Shown in pieces: positions 30,101 through 39,294 of a stretch of 64,000 bases of DNA. Source of the stretch: a virus; IMG/VR virus record IMGVR_UViG_3300027141_000003, positions 32,001 to 96,000 of that record; one strand, given 5' to 3'. A program made the translations under genes and the position numbers. The notes below the pieces were generated by a model. The model saw only the letters and a program-made list of their open reading frames with translations, was not told the DNA's origin and searched no databases. How positions within the stretch are numbered: position 1 is the stretch's first letter; each line of letters starts with the position of its first letter.

Positions 30101-30447
30101 CCTTTTTGAGTAAGATGATATTTGTAGTACGTATCTATGCCAGGGTAATAGGTTCTGTAGTTTAGTCCGTAATCTACGTTCTTGGGATCCAGCCAAGTTT
30201 TGCTAGGAACGTCTCCAAAAACTCCATATTTAACTCCAGCTCCAACGGGCCTAAAAGCTTTTGTAACAGAAGACAATGGAAACAATTTCTTGTAAGGTTT
30301 TGACTGATCGCCTTTAGTGTACTCGGTACCTGTAACCGTAATATTATCTACCATTGAGTTCATATTATATTCAATGGTGCAGCCGACATTAGCTTCAATT
30401 GTAGTATTCTGTTCTATAATGTCTTTAACTGCTGGTAAATTAATCAT
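27187..30447 (-). CDS. Minor tail protein (tail tip/hub)
   Basis: ~1086 aa, second gene after the tape measure. WNAIQELCRD..ATFDENNVLQF and C-terminal NPLISVGDLVTI hub-like motifs. Start MINLP at 30447 (track start 30480). Confidence 0.7.
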   Translation of the reverse strand: MINLPAVKDIIEQNTTIEANVGCTIEYNMNSMVDNITVTGTEYTKGDQSKPYKKLFPLSSVTKAFRPVGAGVKYGVFGDVPSKTWLDPKNVDYGLNYRTYYPGIDTYYKYHLTQKGVGADITITYNGQTILTNKIIVRFEISHSTPGTWTIFKEGNVQLATGSSSAIKPFTTSGTKNYDAGTLTLYYNGTSWTTTEPSTLSAPVPITSLRLTTAGVTNAHVGVIELSPRWVADLTDSMISFSTSQESSTSADDILPVGKVSANSMSASLLSYESPRKIVSYEKGTAFNSSYLYMYKGAELKPYIKVYYSAAPFSDSKGTHQRVKQGTFYIDSWNTSEFGNINLTALDGAKALQDIIVPGMVCKDTSAIGIIRRLLDNVGFTNYNINYKPTVGTVKDESILSPIYWWTDDSESVWNAIQELCRDSQMVATFDENNVLQFYTRDYLFSQTTAHWNFKYAKDGTILPNIMSLNKIDLPAINQVKVLWNPVTASELLGSAQPLWKSGSAYLGAYSLNTALSATAGAGEYISLSPIIVNQEQKQIIYSYSGYLVIDSEIIEYDAVEYQYYSANDTIKKIDIKQQSDLQKIANDMTTTKAANKSIGQTGRIRIKTRGALGTAIAAHTAAGANAKIGWSGYNNVFKANSDPLAPSSVSSDILASVANPPSLDSVPTETNSSVKEIQKSLFKITSDSTNKQLYSVAVKNMAIDYSGDYYTFGTGMFFKSTVKDVSAAGGIGFFTSANGDDGYYVSLETTANLAKSGSDKSLGVFKVKDGIMTSLTDSQSDINKTLAFLSGSTSYKVDIRVKHDTVNEVIAIDVFINGFKITAADADDIIVPTPNIAIYSRTGTTFFDYVYAIPLTKDQYDKGLFKDQYYGRFGSTTLDFLYGDKLTSNFDNTGVSGGTVDEFGTVARELKKIDIKFDSRPAFPVFASVGLSQYVEVLGSRLTSFGAEVYVVNNAGTFVPLDDSQFASFTILGNTIVQSGQNEYLDKTINEFTTPEQATFESAWIQRESDAKSLSEWIKQQWSKKQSVCELEVFSNPLISVGDLVTINYPANGFDGTQKFIVSNINNSFEGGLNTKITARSIYSQ

Positions 30448-30893
30448 TAAACTTCTTCCAGTGAAATAGATACGTCCCAAAATGCTTGTGCTGTATCCGC
30501 CGCTTTTCCCTTTACATTTCTTTTGATCATATTAAATGAGCATGAAGTAAAGCTTGCAACAAAATCTTCAGTTCTAGCTGAGTTATAGGCTATTCTTACA
30601 TTAAATGTTCCTTGGCCTTTAGCGCTTAAATAAAACGTTTTTATATCTTCTGCTCCCCAGCCTGAATCTACAGTCATAGAAGAGTATGAAGGGATATTGT
30701 TCCAAGAGGTAGAAACATTCTTCTTGTCGGCTATAAATAGCTTTCTAAGGCTTCCATTAGACATTCTGGCTGTTTGCTCAATACGTTCTACGTTTATAGA
30801 TACTGGGGCTCTATTATGCTCAGTTAATTTTTGCCACGTACCAACGGCATCCTGTATAAATAATGCCGAACCTACTGGTAAAGTTATAGCCAT
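30447..30893 (-). CDS. Distal tail (Dit-like) / minor tail protein
   Basis: Directly downstream of the tape measure. RMSNGSLRK motif and C-terminal SISLEEV. Confidence 0.6.
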   Translation of the reverse strand: MAITLPVGSALFIQDAVGTWQKLTEHNRAPVSINVERIEQTARMSNGSLRKLFIADKKNVSTSWNNIPSYSSMTVDSGWGAEDIKTFYLSAKGQGTFNVRIAYNSARTEDFVASFTSCSFNMIKRNVKGKAADTAQAFWDVSISLEEV

Positions 30894-33800
30894 TAAACAC
30901 TTCCTCCTATTCTTCTGCCGACTCCTTCTTTTGCATTAATCAAAGACAGCTCCTGCTTAAAGCTACGCATTACGTCATCTACTGTAACAGTTGTTCCATT
31001 TAATGCTATATCAATATTGTAAACATTATTGCTGCTTGGGCTATTACTAATATTAACCCCAGACATTTTAGTTCCAGAAGGTATATCATACCTTGGCATG
31101 GTAGCAGCATTTGGATAAATTATTCCTGAAAACTTAGGCTCAATAAGAATTCCTTCTTGTTGTGCACCCAATGGATTAATTCTATCATTGATCTCCATAA
31201 GTTGTCCAGCAGCAAATCGTCCGCCCAAAGAACTCTGCCTTACTGCTTCTTTAGGACCAATTCCAAATCTTTTTTGTACCTTGTACTTAACTCCATTAGG
31301 ATCTTCAATTATATCGCCAACTTCTAATTGATCTCCAGCAATTACTGCTTTTCTTGCATCATTCGTCAAGTATCCGTCCTTGCCATAAGGATTTTTAAGA
31401 GTGGCATCACTTGCGTTACCATCATACATTGCTGAATAAAGGTCTCCCGCAGTAGCATACTTACCCTTCATTCCGTCTTTTACCTGATCGGTATAAATTG
31501 TAACGTATGGGGCATTAATTCCATTTTTTAAAGCATTAAGAATTTCATCTACAACTCCAGTAGCTGGTTTTTCAATTCCAAGTTTCTTGCCCAGAGTTTC
31601 TAAAGCAGACATAGTCTCTGTAAACTCTTTAGTCATTTTAAACTTGTCGCCTTCAGTTTGAAGTTTATTAATTATGTTAGATAGGTTAGTGCTATATGTA
31701 GTCAAATCTTTATTAAGATTGTCTGCTTTTGTTTGAAGAACTCCTAATTTATCTCCAGCTAAAGCTGCCTTGTCTGCAAGCTTTGTGTTCTTGGCAGTAA
31801 GTGAATCTATTTGATCTTGTAAGGGTTTAATCTCAAGCTCTGCTTTGAGGGTAATTGCCTCTTCTGCTGATTTACGATTAGATTCATTTAGTATCTGCTC
31901 TATACTCATTTGCTCTTCTGCATAGGCTGTCATGTTGCCAGTTGCAAGAGCTTGCTGTGCTCTTAGTTGAGCCTTCTGAATTTCTAGCTGAGCGTTTTCT
32001 GCTTCAGTTGCTTTACGAATTCCATTGATTTTATCTTGAGCAGCTTTTTTAATTTTATCTATCTGTTTGTTTAATGAAGCAATTGCATCTCGGCTATCTA
32101 TTTGAGCTTTTGCAGATTGCCCCTTTTGAGCAGTTTGAAGATCTTTAATTTGTTGAGTTAACTTACCATACTTTGTGTATTGTGCACCCACTGCACCTGT
32201 TGTTTTTATTGTGTCATTAATGATTGAGGCAAGTTTAACTGCAGCTACAGCGGCAGTACCACTTAATGCGTTTACGTCTAAATTAGTTCCTTGAACTAAA
32301 AGTTGAAGTTTAGCAAAAGATGTGACTAGAGTATCTGTAGTGTTTAGAACTTCCGCTAGTTCTGGATTTGCTTTACCAATTTCAGCAATAATTTTTGTTG
32401 TTAAGGTAGACTGATTTTGATAAGAAGCATTAATAGCATCAATTTGTTCTCTTGTCGCTTGACCAACTGATTTTGCAACACCCTTATTCTTTTCTGCTGC
32501 CTCTGCAGTCTTTTTAACTGTTTCATCAATTGATCCAGTAATTGCCGCAAAAGTAGTTAACATTGCTGCGGCTTGCCCCTCAACGTCTGAAACTTTTAGC
32601 GCTGACTCAAATGTCTTTGTTGATTGAATTGCAGCTTGCTCTAATGTTTGAATACCTTGGAATGCTTTTGTTCCTATTGCGCTGCCCGCCATTGCGGCTT
32701 TATTAGACGCATCTACAATGGCATATATTTTAGCTGTTGCAACCGCAGCAGAATCTCCTGCTGCCATAAATTGAGCCTTTAATTGAATTGCAGTTTGACC
32801 AACATCTTTTCTATCTGTTTGATCAAATAGCTTGATGTAATCCTGCATAGTAGATTTAACTTGAACCTTAAGCTTTTTGTATTGTTCAATTGTCATATGT
32901 ATTGGGACGTTAGCTTTTGTCATGCTCTCATAAATCATTTTATTTTGAGCCTTTAGATCTTTAGCATCTTCGATAGCAGTTTTTATTTGCTTATTATAAT
33001 CGGTATACTTGTATCCTGCTTTGGCAGCAGCATCTGCTGTCATGCCAAATGCTGTTCTATTAATTCTTAATTCTTCTGTGTGATCTTTATGTCTTTTAAT
33101 TAGGAACCCAATGGTTGCTGTAACCGCAGTAAATGCTATTCCTATAGGACTAGTTAATTTAAGTAGTGTTGCAAATCCTTTAAGAAGTGGTCCAAATATT
33201 CTTAGTATTCCTGATAGACTTCCTCCAGTTTTTGATGCTGCCTGCGCTAATCCATTTAGTGGACCTATTGGCTGCTTTAATTGAGTAGGAATTTTATCCA
33301 TTTGTCTAGACATCATTCCCCCGCCTGCTGGCTTGCTTCTAGCAGAACCAAATCCCATTCCCATACTTGCAATTAGAGATGCGATTTGTATAGCGCTTCC
33401 TAGTCCTCCGCCAACTTTTTGCCCAAGCATTTGTCCGCCATATGAAACTGCTAATCCAGCTCCTATGCCTCCTAGAATTCTGCCTCCTCTGCGAGGAGCC
33501 TGTTCTTGAACTTCATCACCATTGTTTAGGTATTGAATTTTAGGAACCATTCCGCCAAGATTATAACCTGGAACCATGCCTCCACGATTCATTCCAAACA
33601 TTTGTTTTCTTAGTTTAGAAGTTGACGGAGTCCATGATTTATTATCCCAGTTTGCATATTTAGTTCTTAAGATTTCTCTATCAATTTTACTTAAGCTCTT
33701 ACCACCTGAGCTAAGCACATCTGATGCAGATGATTTAATAAGTACATCTACAATGTCTGGCTCTAAAGCCCTTTGCAGATGTCCCTGAGCATTTGTTACA

Positions 33801-36800
33801 TATCCGTACGGTCTCTCTTTTTCAAGATTGCTGATTAGCTTTCCATACATTAAATTTTGTGCTTTAGGAGTAAGTCCTGAACTTCCAAATAATTTCTTTC
33901 CCATGCCAAGAGATAAAGAAGTGGCTCCCCAACTATCTCCTATTTTCCCAAACTTAGCGCCTAAGTTTTTAAATGCAGTACTCTTTAATACATTGCCTAT
34001 TTGGCCTCCTGCATTATATCCTGGAATTATACCGCCACTATTTCTAAAGATTATGTCTGGATCATTTGCAACTACAGATGCTCCAGACCCTCTAATTCCA
34101 ACTCCTCTGGCTGTGCCAAGCTTTTGCATTTCATCATAAAAATTAACATTTGATTCTGGAATTTTTAAATCTTTTAAATTTTTCTTTAATATGTTTCCAG
34201 CAAACTCTTCAAATGTGTCTGAATCTTTTCCAAATGCAGATCCTCTAGCTCTTAATCCACGTGTTAGTTCTTCCCAAGCTTTTCCAAAAGCACTGTCGAT
34301 ATCTCTTGACGGATACCCTAGCTGCCTTGCTGCCGATCTCATTGTTGAAAATGGATTTAGCGGAGTGTTATTTAATGAGCTAAGAATAGCTTTTGGATCT
34401 CCGCCTGCGTTAAGTGAAAGATTTCCTCCAGCTCCATATCTTGCTTGTGGGCCAAAAAGTGCTGGGGAAACATATTGTCCACTTGAATTTCTTGCTCCCG
34501 CTGGGGCAAAGTGACTTCTATCTAATCCGCTCCATATTGCGTTTACCTCATCCTTAGAAAGCGATTCTAATTCTTTTTGAGTATATGCTCTTCCTTGTGG
34601 ACTTTTAACAGCCCATCCAGAAATATGGCTCTCTATTAAGTCAGCTCTTCTTGCACCAACGTCTTGTCCAGTTGCAGTAGACCAATAGTGTCGTGATAGA
34701 GGATTTCCTCTTACCGATACAGTTGCTCTGCTTTTTGCTCTTGAAAAAGATCCTCCAAACATTCTAGCAATATCTGCAGCAGATGGTCGTAATCCATATC
34801 CGCCTTGTTCTGAAGAAACTGGTCCACCTAAAGTTCCTTGGTTAATTGCATGTAGCAGCGGTAGGTTTCTTTGAGTTGCTTCTTTATTTACAACAAATTC
34901 TCCTGGAGTAAGCATTGCTGGTACTGTATCTGTATTGCCAGTTCCTGGAACAATGTTTCCCCTGTTTAATCTTTTTGGAACTGTTGTTTCAATGTTATAT
35001 CCTGCTCCTGAAGTTCTTACGCCTAGGGCTCCTGCTACCTTATTAATAAAATCTCTAGTTTTTCCTTTTTTAAATAACTCTCTCATATTAGACTTGCCAG
35101 TTGCATCAACTACAGGCTGGTTTAAAGTAGGTACCACTGTTGGATTTAAAGTTCTTCCCATTGAGACTGCGTGAGCCTGCATAGATGTAGAGATCATTCT
35201 TTCTGTTTCTAAGTTTAATGCTATAATTTTTGCTCTGGCTTGTTCAACATTTATTTTACCTGCACGTAATTCAGAAACAATTAAGGCCGATTCTCTTGCA
35301 GCGTTATCTGTTAGCTTGGAAACAATTGGTAAAATGTCATCAAATTGATTCATAAAGTCTTTACTCAATAATCCAGTTGCAACCATTTGCTTCTTAAGCT
35401 GGTCTATTTCTGCTTTAGATTGCATTGCAAGTGTCGCCATCATTGCGTGATGCCTTGCAGCTTCTCCAGCTACAATTCCAGTTGATGCTCCATTTACTCT
35501 TGTAAGACCAGGAACATCTGGTAAATTATCGTTCATGTATATCTGAGGATTTTGACCAATTTTTTGATTTACGGGAATTGATCCTGGAACCATTCCAAAT
35601 ATCGTCTGCTGAAGTCTTTCAGCCTCTGTCATTCCAGACCTAGGCACCATGTGAGTACTTGCACGAGATCCCATTGGTCCAACTAGAGGGTGTGCTGGGT
35701 TTACAACTCTTCCTCCGCCTGCCATAACAAGGCTTCCAGCCATTGTGCTTACTGCTGGGCTTATAGACATTGATCCAGATTTTGCTTTTGCTTCTAGCAA
35801 TGAGAATTCGTCTAATAGGTTTCTAAGTGCTTGTTGCAATACTGCTGCTGCTTTAGCATCGCTATAGAAAGATTGTTCTACTAATTTTCCAGCTTTTTCT
35901 GCTGCCATCATTTCTGGAGTTAAATATTTAAATCCTTCTCCACCTTTTAAAAATGCTTTTATGTGGAAAACGCCTTTTGCCATATTACCAAAGAAGTTTG
36001 CAAGTAAACCAGTTAACATAATCAGTGGGCCAGCAATTGCTGTAACTCCACCAAGTAGTGCTAGTATCTGCTTAACTGGTCCAGGCAAGTTCATAGCAAA
36101 CTGGACTATCTTATCTACTACTGTAATTAAAGCAGTATTAATTGTTAAAAATTGTTCTCCCACTTCCGCCAGAGAAGCCTTTAATCCCTCTAATGCTCTT
36201 CTATATTTACCAGATGCGGACTCTGTTACTGCTGTTAATTCTCGATCAGCTACCTGCGCTAACCCGTCGGTAGATTCTTTCATCAAATCTAAAACTTTTA
36301 AAGTCTGGCTTCCTTCTCTTCCTAGGTTTTCAAAAAGAGCATTAAGTCTTGAAAATTGAAACTTACCAAATAGCTGCTCAATTGCCTGTTGCTTTTGTAG
36401 TGGGTTTAAGTTATCTAAAGCTCCTTGTAATGCCATTAAGGTTCCAGTAAGGTCCCCAGCATTATTATTTACTATCCCAAGTAAATCAATTCCAAGCGTT
36501 TCAAACTTGCCAACGGCTACATCTGTTGGGTTAATTAAAGATGCTAATGCTGACTTTAATGCGTTTGCTCCTTCTGAAGCATTAATTCCGCCTTCTCTCA
36601 TTGCAGTTAAATATAATGCTAAATCTTTTACATCTCCACCAAGTCCTTTGACAATAGGGCCAGCTTTAGGAATTGCCTCCACTAAGTCATTAAGAGTTGT
36701 TGATGTTTGGTTTTCAACTGCGTTAAGAAAGTTAATTGATTCTGATAATTCATCTGTATTGGATTTAAATGCAGACTGAATTGCAAGCGTAGCCTTCATG

Positions 36801-37678
36801 GCTTCTTGTCGATCTACTTCTCCAAGTACGGCAAGTCTAGTTGTTTCTCTAACAGATCCTAAAAGGTCGTCTCCAGTTTTTCCAGTTGCCGCAATATCCG
36901 CTGCTAGACCAATAGTTTCTTTAAAAGAAACTCCCATAGCCTGTGAAATTTCTTTTGCTGTTTGAACAACATCGTCTCTTACTTTACCCAGCTCTGCTGA
37001 AGAAGTTCCCGCAACATCTCCATATACCTTTGTTAATCTTACTAATTCTTGATCCGCTTCTCTAAATGCTTTTGCTGCAGCACTGCCAAACGCAACCAGC
37101 GGGACAGTAAGTCCGACTGTTAGCTGACGGCCTGTCCATTGAGTATTTTTACCAAAATTAATAATCTGACCAGCACCATCCTGGACAACCTTATTCATGA
37201 TTTGCATTTCTGTTCTTGCTATTGCTGTAGCATTTTTTACTGCGTCTAGTCCTCTAGGGACCTGAACATTGAACTGCATAAGTCCTTGTGCGTTTCTTCC
37301 AAGTGGCTGTAGGACTGAGTTTTGTAGTGCTACTTGCTGTTTTGCTAGATCTCTAATAAGACCACCAGATGTTTTAGTTTGATCTCTAAAAGCGCTAAAG
37401 TATTGATTTAACTTTAATTTTCCGCCGTCAAGATTCTTACCAAACTTTTCTACATCTGAAGTAAGGCTTACGAAGTGTGTGGAGAACTGACCTGTGCTTC
37501 TTAATGTGTCAGAGAACGATCTGTTCATGACGGCAATTTGATTTGCCATCATCTTATTAGAGCTAGCTAATTTTTCTTGAAGTTTTGATAGGCTGGCAGT
37601 AACCTTATGCACATCGGCGATAAGAGCTGAGAAGTCGGCATTAGCGACTATGCGGGTACTGATTGTTTCGTCAGCCAT
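30893..37678 (-). CDS. Tape measure protein
   Basis: 2261 aa, Ala-rich and helical, TP901-type core (NFLNAVENQT..LVEAIPKAG), GNTDTVPAMLTPGEFVVNKEAT motif, follows the tail chaperones. Confidence 0.92.
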   Translation of the reverse strand: MADETISTRIVANADFSALIADVHKVTASLSKLQEKLASSNKMMANQIAVMNRSFSDTLRSTGQFSTHFVSLTSDVEKFGKNLDGGKLKLNQYFSAFRDQTKTSGGLIRDLAKQQVALQNSVLQPLGRNAQGLMQFNVQVPRGLDAVKNATAIARTEMQIMNKVVQDGAGQIINFGKNTQWTGRQLTVGLTVPLVAFGSAAAKAFREADQELVRLTKVYGDVAGTSSAELGKVRDDVVQTAKEISQAMGVSFKETIGLAADIAATGKTGDDLLGSVRETTRLAVLGEVDRQEAMKATLAIQSAFKSNTDELSESINFLNAVENQTSTTLNDLVEAIPKAGPIVKGLGGDVKDLALYLTAMREGGINASEGANALKSALASLINPTDVAVGKFETLGIDLLGIVNNNAGDLTGTLMALQGALDNLNPLQKQQAIEQLFGKFQFSRLNALFENLGREGSQTLKVLDLMKESTDGLAQVADRELTAVTESASGKYRRALEGLKASLAEVGEQFLTINTALITVVDKIVQFAMNLPGPVKQILALLGGVTAIAGPLIMLTGLLANFFGNMAKGVFHIKAFLKGGEGFKYLTPEMMAAEKAGKLVEQSFYSDAKAAAVLQQALRNLLDEFSLLEAKAKSGSMSISPAVSTMAGSLVMAGGGRVVNPAHPLVGPMGSRASTHMVPRSGMTEAERLQQTIFGMVPGSIPVNQKIGQNPQIYMNDNLPDVPGLTRVNGASTGIVAGEAARHHAMMATLAMQSKAEIDQLKKQMVATGLLSKDFMNQFDDILPIVSKLTDNAARESALIVSELRAGKINVEQARAKIIALNLETERMISTSMQAHAVSMGRTLNPTVVPTLNQPVVDATGKSNMRELFKKGKTRDFINKVAGALGVRTSGAGYNIETTVPKRLNRGNIVPGTGNTDTVPAMLTPGEFVVNKEATQRNLPLLHAINQGTLGGPVSSEQGGYGLRPSAADIARMFGGSFSRAKSRATVSVRGNPLSRHYWSTATGQDVGARRADLIESHISGWAVKSPQGRAYTQKELESLSKDEVNAIWSGLDRSHFAPAGARNSSGQYVSPALFGPQARYGAGGNLSLNAGGDPKAILSSLNNTPLNPFSTMRSAARQLGYPSRDIDSAFGKAWEELTRGLRARGSAFGKDSDTFEEFAGNILKKNLKDLKIPESNVNFYDEMQKLGTARGVGIRGSGASVVANDPDIIFRNSGGIIPGYNAGGQIGNVLKSTAFKNLGAKFGKIGDSWGATSLSLGMGKKLFGSSGLTPKAQNLMYGKLISNLEKERPYGYVTNAQGHLQRALEPDIVDVLIKSSASDVLSSGGKSLSKIDREILRTKYANWDNKSWTPSTSKLRKQMFGMNRGGMVPGYNLGGMVPKIQYLNNGDEVQEQAPRRGGRILGGIGAGLAVSYGGQMLGQKVGGGLGSAIQIASLIASMGMGFGSARSKPAGGGMMSRQMDKIPTQLKQPIGPLNGLAQAASKTGGSLSGILRIFGPLLKGFATLLKLTSPIGIAFTAVTATIGFLIKRHKDHTEELRINRTAFGMTADAAAKAGYKYTDYNKQIKTAIEDAKDLKAQNKMIYESMTKANVPIHMTIEQYKKLKVQVKSTMQDYIKLFDQTDRKDVGQTAIQLKAQFMAAGDSAAVATAKIYAIVDASNKAAMAGSAIGTKAFQGIQTLEQAAIQSTKTFESALKVSDVEGQAAAMLTTFAAITGSIDETVKKTAEAAEKNKGVAKSVGQATREQIDAINASYQNQSTLTTKIIAEIGKANPELAEVLNTTDTLVTSFAKLQLLVQGTNLDVNALSGTAAVAAVKLASIINDTIKTTGAVGAQYTKYGKLTQQIKDLQTAQKGQSAKAQIDSRDAIASLNKQIDKIKKAAQDKINGIRKATEAENAQLEIQKAQLRAQQALATGNMTAYAEEQMSIEQILNESNRKSAEEAITLKAELEIKPLQDQIDSLTAKNTKLADKAALAGDKLGVLQTKADNLNKDLTTYSTNLSNIINKLQTEGDKFKMTKEFTETMSALETLGKKLGIEKPATGVVDEILNALKNGINAPYVTIYTDQVKDGMKGKYATAGDLYSAMYDGNASDATLKNPYGKDGYLTNDARKAVIAGDQLEVGDIIEDPNGVKYKVQKRFGIGPKEAVRQSSLGGRFAAGQLMEINDRINPLGAQQEGILIEPKFSGIIYPNAATMPRYDIPSGTKMSGVNISNSPSSNNVYNIDIALNGTTVTVDDVMRSFKQELSLINAKEGVGRRIGGSV

Positions 37679-37689
37679 TTATATTCAGG

Positions 37690-38061
37690 TTACTCCTTAG
37701 CATATCCTAGTCCTTCTCCAATTCCGAAACCAGCTTGCGCTGCGAATCTTCCTTGAAGTGATACTACATCGTCTGCACTGGCAGTTATGCCTGCGGCTCG
37801 CAATTGTATTTCTTCGAAACTAGAAGTTTTCTTTTCTTCTTCGTATTCGCCCATATCTACTCCAGTTAAAGAAGCTTGAAACTTCTTACTGTCGTAATCT
37901 CTTTTCTTCAAAGCCTTTAAGGTATTTACAAGTTCTGGCATTGAAAGACTTTCTTCTAGTTCCTGGTAATTCTTCCAATGTCCTAGTAAAAAAACTTCCC
38001 CCTCTAAAGCGGCTAAGTCTAGTTCTGACCAGCCAGAACCGCTGCCGCTAGTAGGTTTGGG
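37690..38061 (-). CDS. Tail assembly chaperone, -1 frameshifted C-terminal extension (gpGT-like)
   Basis: The -1 frame is open from the slippery site through PTSGSGSGWSELDLAALEGEVFLLGHWKNYQELEESLS into the 83-aa ORF 37690..37941. Confidence 0.7.
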   Translation of the reverse strand, partial: PKPTSGSGSGWSELDLAALEGEVFLLGHWKNYQELEESLSMPELVNTLKALKKRDYDSKKFQASLTGVDMGEYEEEKKTSSFEEIQLRAAGITASADDVVSLQGRFAAQAGFGIGEGLGYAKE

Positions 38062-38351
38062 TCGTCAAGCTTGATCCCTCCGCAAACTTCTAGAATGCGA
38101 TTCATTGTTGGAACATCTAAGGCGTTCTCAAATGCTTCTCTGTCTGCTACCAATTCTGGTAGTTGTTTTTCTATTGCAATTGCACATGCATCGATCAAGA
38201 TGTTTAGTGTGTCATCTTCTGTTTCTGATTCTGCCGTCTTCTTAATTGCTAGCATAAACTTACGAAGCTCTGCTATTGATAGGGGCTTTAGCTTTACGGT
38301 CTGGCCGTTTTGAAGCTGTACCTCTTCTACGCTATATACTGTTGTTGCCAA
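38019..38351 (-). CDS. Tail assembly chaperone (gpG-like)
   Basis: Between the major tail gene and the tape measure. TTG start with GGAGG RBS. Confidence 0.8.
   Translation of the reverse strand: MATTVYSVEEVQLQNGQTVKLKPLSIAELRKFMLAIKKTAESETEDDTLNILIDACAIAIEKQLPELVADREAFENALDVPTMNRILEVCGGIKLDDPNLLAAAVLAGQN
38055..38061 (-). other. Programmed -1 ribosomal frameshift site C-CCA-AAC
   Basis: XXXYYYZ heptamer in the correct frame (GAC CCA AAC) near the end of the chaperone ORF. Confidence 0.7.
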
Positions 38352-38381
38352 TTTAGGTCCTCCTAGGATCTACTCATAAAC

Positions 38382-38410
38382 ATTATACTAAAAGAAATAT
38401 CCTAATACAA
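38382..38410 (-). promoter_or_regulatory. SigA-type promoter (TTGTAT-N17-TATAAT)
   Basis: Directly downstream of the major-tail terminator and upstream of the chaperone gene. Confidence 0.6.
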
Positions 38411-38414
38411 CCAC

Positions 38415-38442
38415 AAAAGCCCCTAATTTCTTAGGGGCCTTT
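38415..38442 (-). terminator. Rho-independent terminator after the major tail gene
   Basis: GCCCCTAA-gaaa-TTAGGGGC followed by TTTT on the minus strand. Confidence 0.75.
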
Positions 38443-38468
38443 GTATCGTATTTAATAAATTAAATTTA

Positions 38469-39176
38469 TTATGCTACTAGAACACGGTCAATAATCTTGC
38501 CGTACTCTGAGCCAGCGTAGCTAGCATCTGGGAGTAAACGGAAAGTTACTGGGAATGTTGTTGGTGTTGTACGAGCAAGTGAGAATTGTGACTGTTGTAC
38601 AGACAATACTCTACGAGCATAGTATACACGCTCTGAAGCTGTTGAAGATGCTGTTGGAGCTAGTCCAACTGCAATTAGCTGACGCTCTGTTGGAGCTGCA
38701 CCAAGTGCACCTGCCTCAAGACCGAGAGTGTCTTTCTTTCCTGTTCCAGTTCCTGTTGTTGATAGAGTTGATGCTGGTTGTCCGAATACTGTTGCAATGT
38801 TCTCAAGAGTACCTTCTGACATTTCTGTTGCAATCATAACTTCCATTGCTGACTTGAACAGCTTAGCTGTATCGAGCAACTGATCTACAGTTACTGAGTC
38901 GAATGTTGGGTTATATGTAATTTGAAGACCATTGTTAGTAAAACCAACGTTACGGTATCCAAATAGTCCTGCTGTTTGATTAACAGAGTTTAGTGTATTA
39001 GCGTATGATACGCCTGTTGCAAATGCTGGGACGCCTACTGTTCCTGCGCTTGATGCAATTGCTACGCCTGCTTCTGCGTTTTCGATGTAATCAGCGTCGT
39101 TCACGTCAATAGTTGACAAGAACAGTGGTGATGCACCGACTAGAATATTTCTAGCATTACCTACGGATTGTGCCAT
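38469..39176 (-). CDS. Major tail protein
   Basis: NILVGASPLF, VGFTNNGLQITYNPTF..VTVDQ and PVTFRLLPD. Strong RBS, followed by a terminator and the chaperones. Confidence 0.85.
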   Translation of the reverse strand: MAQSVGNARNILVGASPLFLSTIDVNDADYIENAEAGVAIASSAGTVGVPAFATGVSYANTLNSVNQTAGLFGYRNVGFTNNGLQITYNPTFDSVTVDQLLDTAKLFKSAMEVMIATEMSEGTLENIATVFGQPASTLSTTGTGTGKKDTLGLEAGALGAAPTERQLIAVGLAPTASSTASERVYYARRVLSVQQSQFSLARTTPTTFPVTFRLLPDASYAGSEYGKIIDRVLVA

Positions 39177-39262
39177 AGTTATTTCCTCCTATATTTCAAT
39201 ATATATATATTTTTGTTCAAATCTTAAATTCAAGCTGGCTAGGCTTCTTTCCTCTTAACCTA

Positions 39263-39291
39263 AGTTTATAATATTATAGGTAAAAAGGCAA
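39263..39291 (-). promoter_or_regulatory. SigA-type promoter (TTGCCT-N17-TAAACT) with a long leader
   Basis: Intergenic region upstream of the major tail gene. Confidence 0.5.
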
Positions 39292-39294
39292 ACC

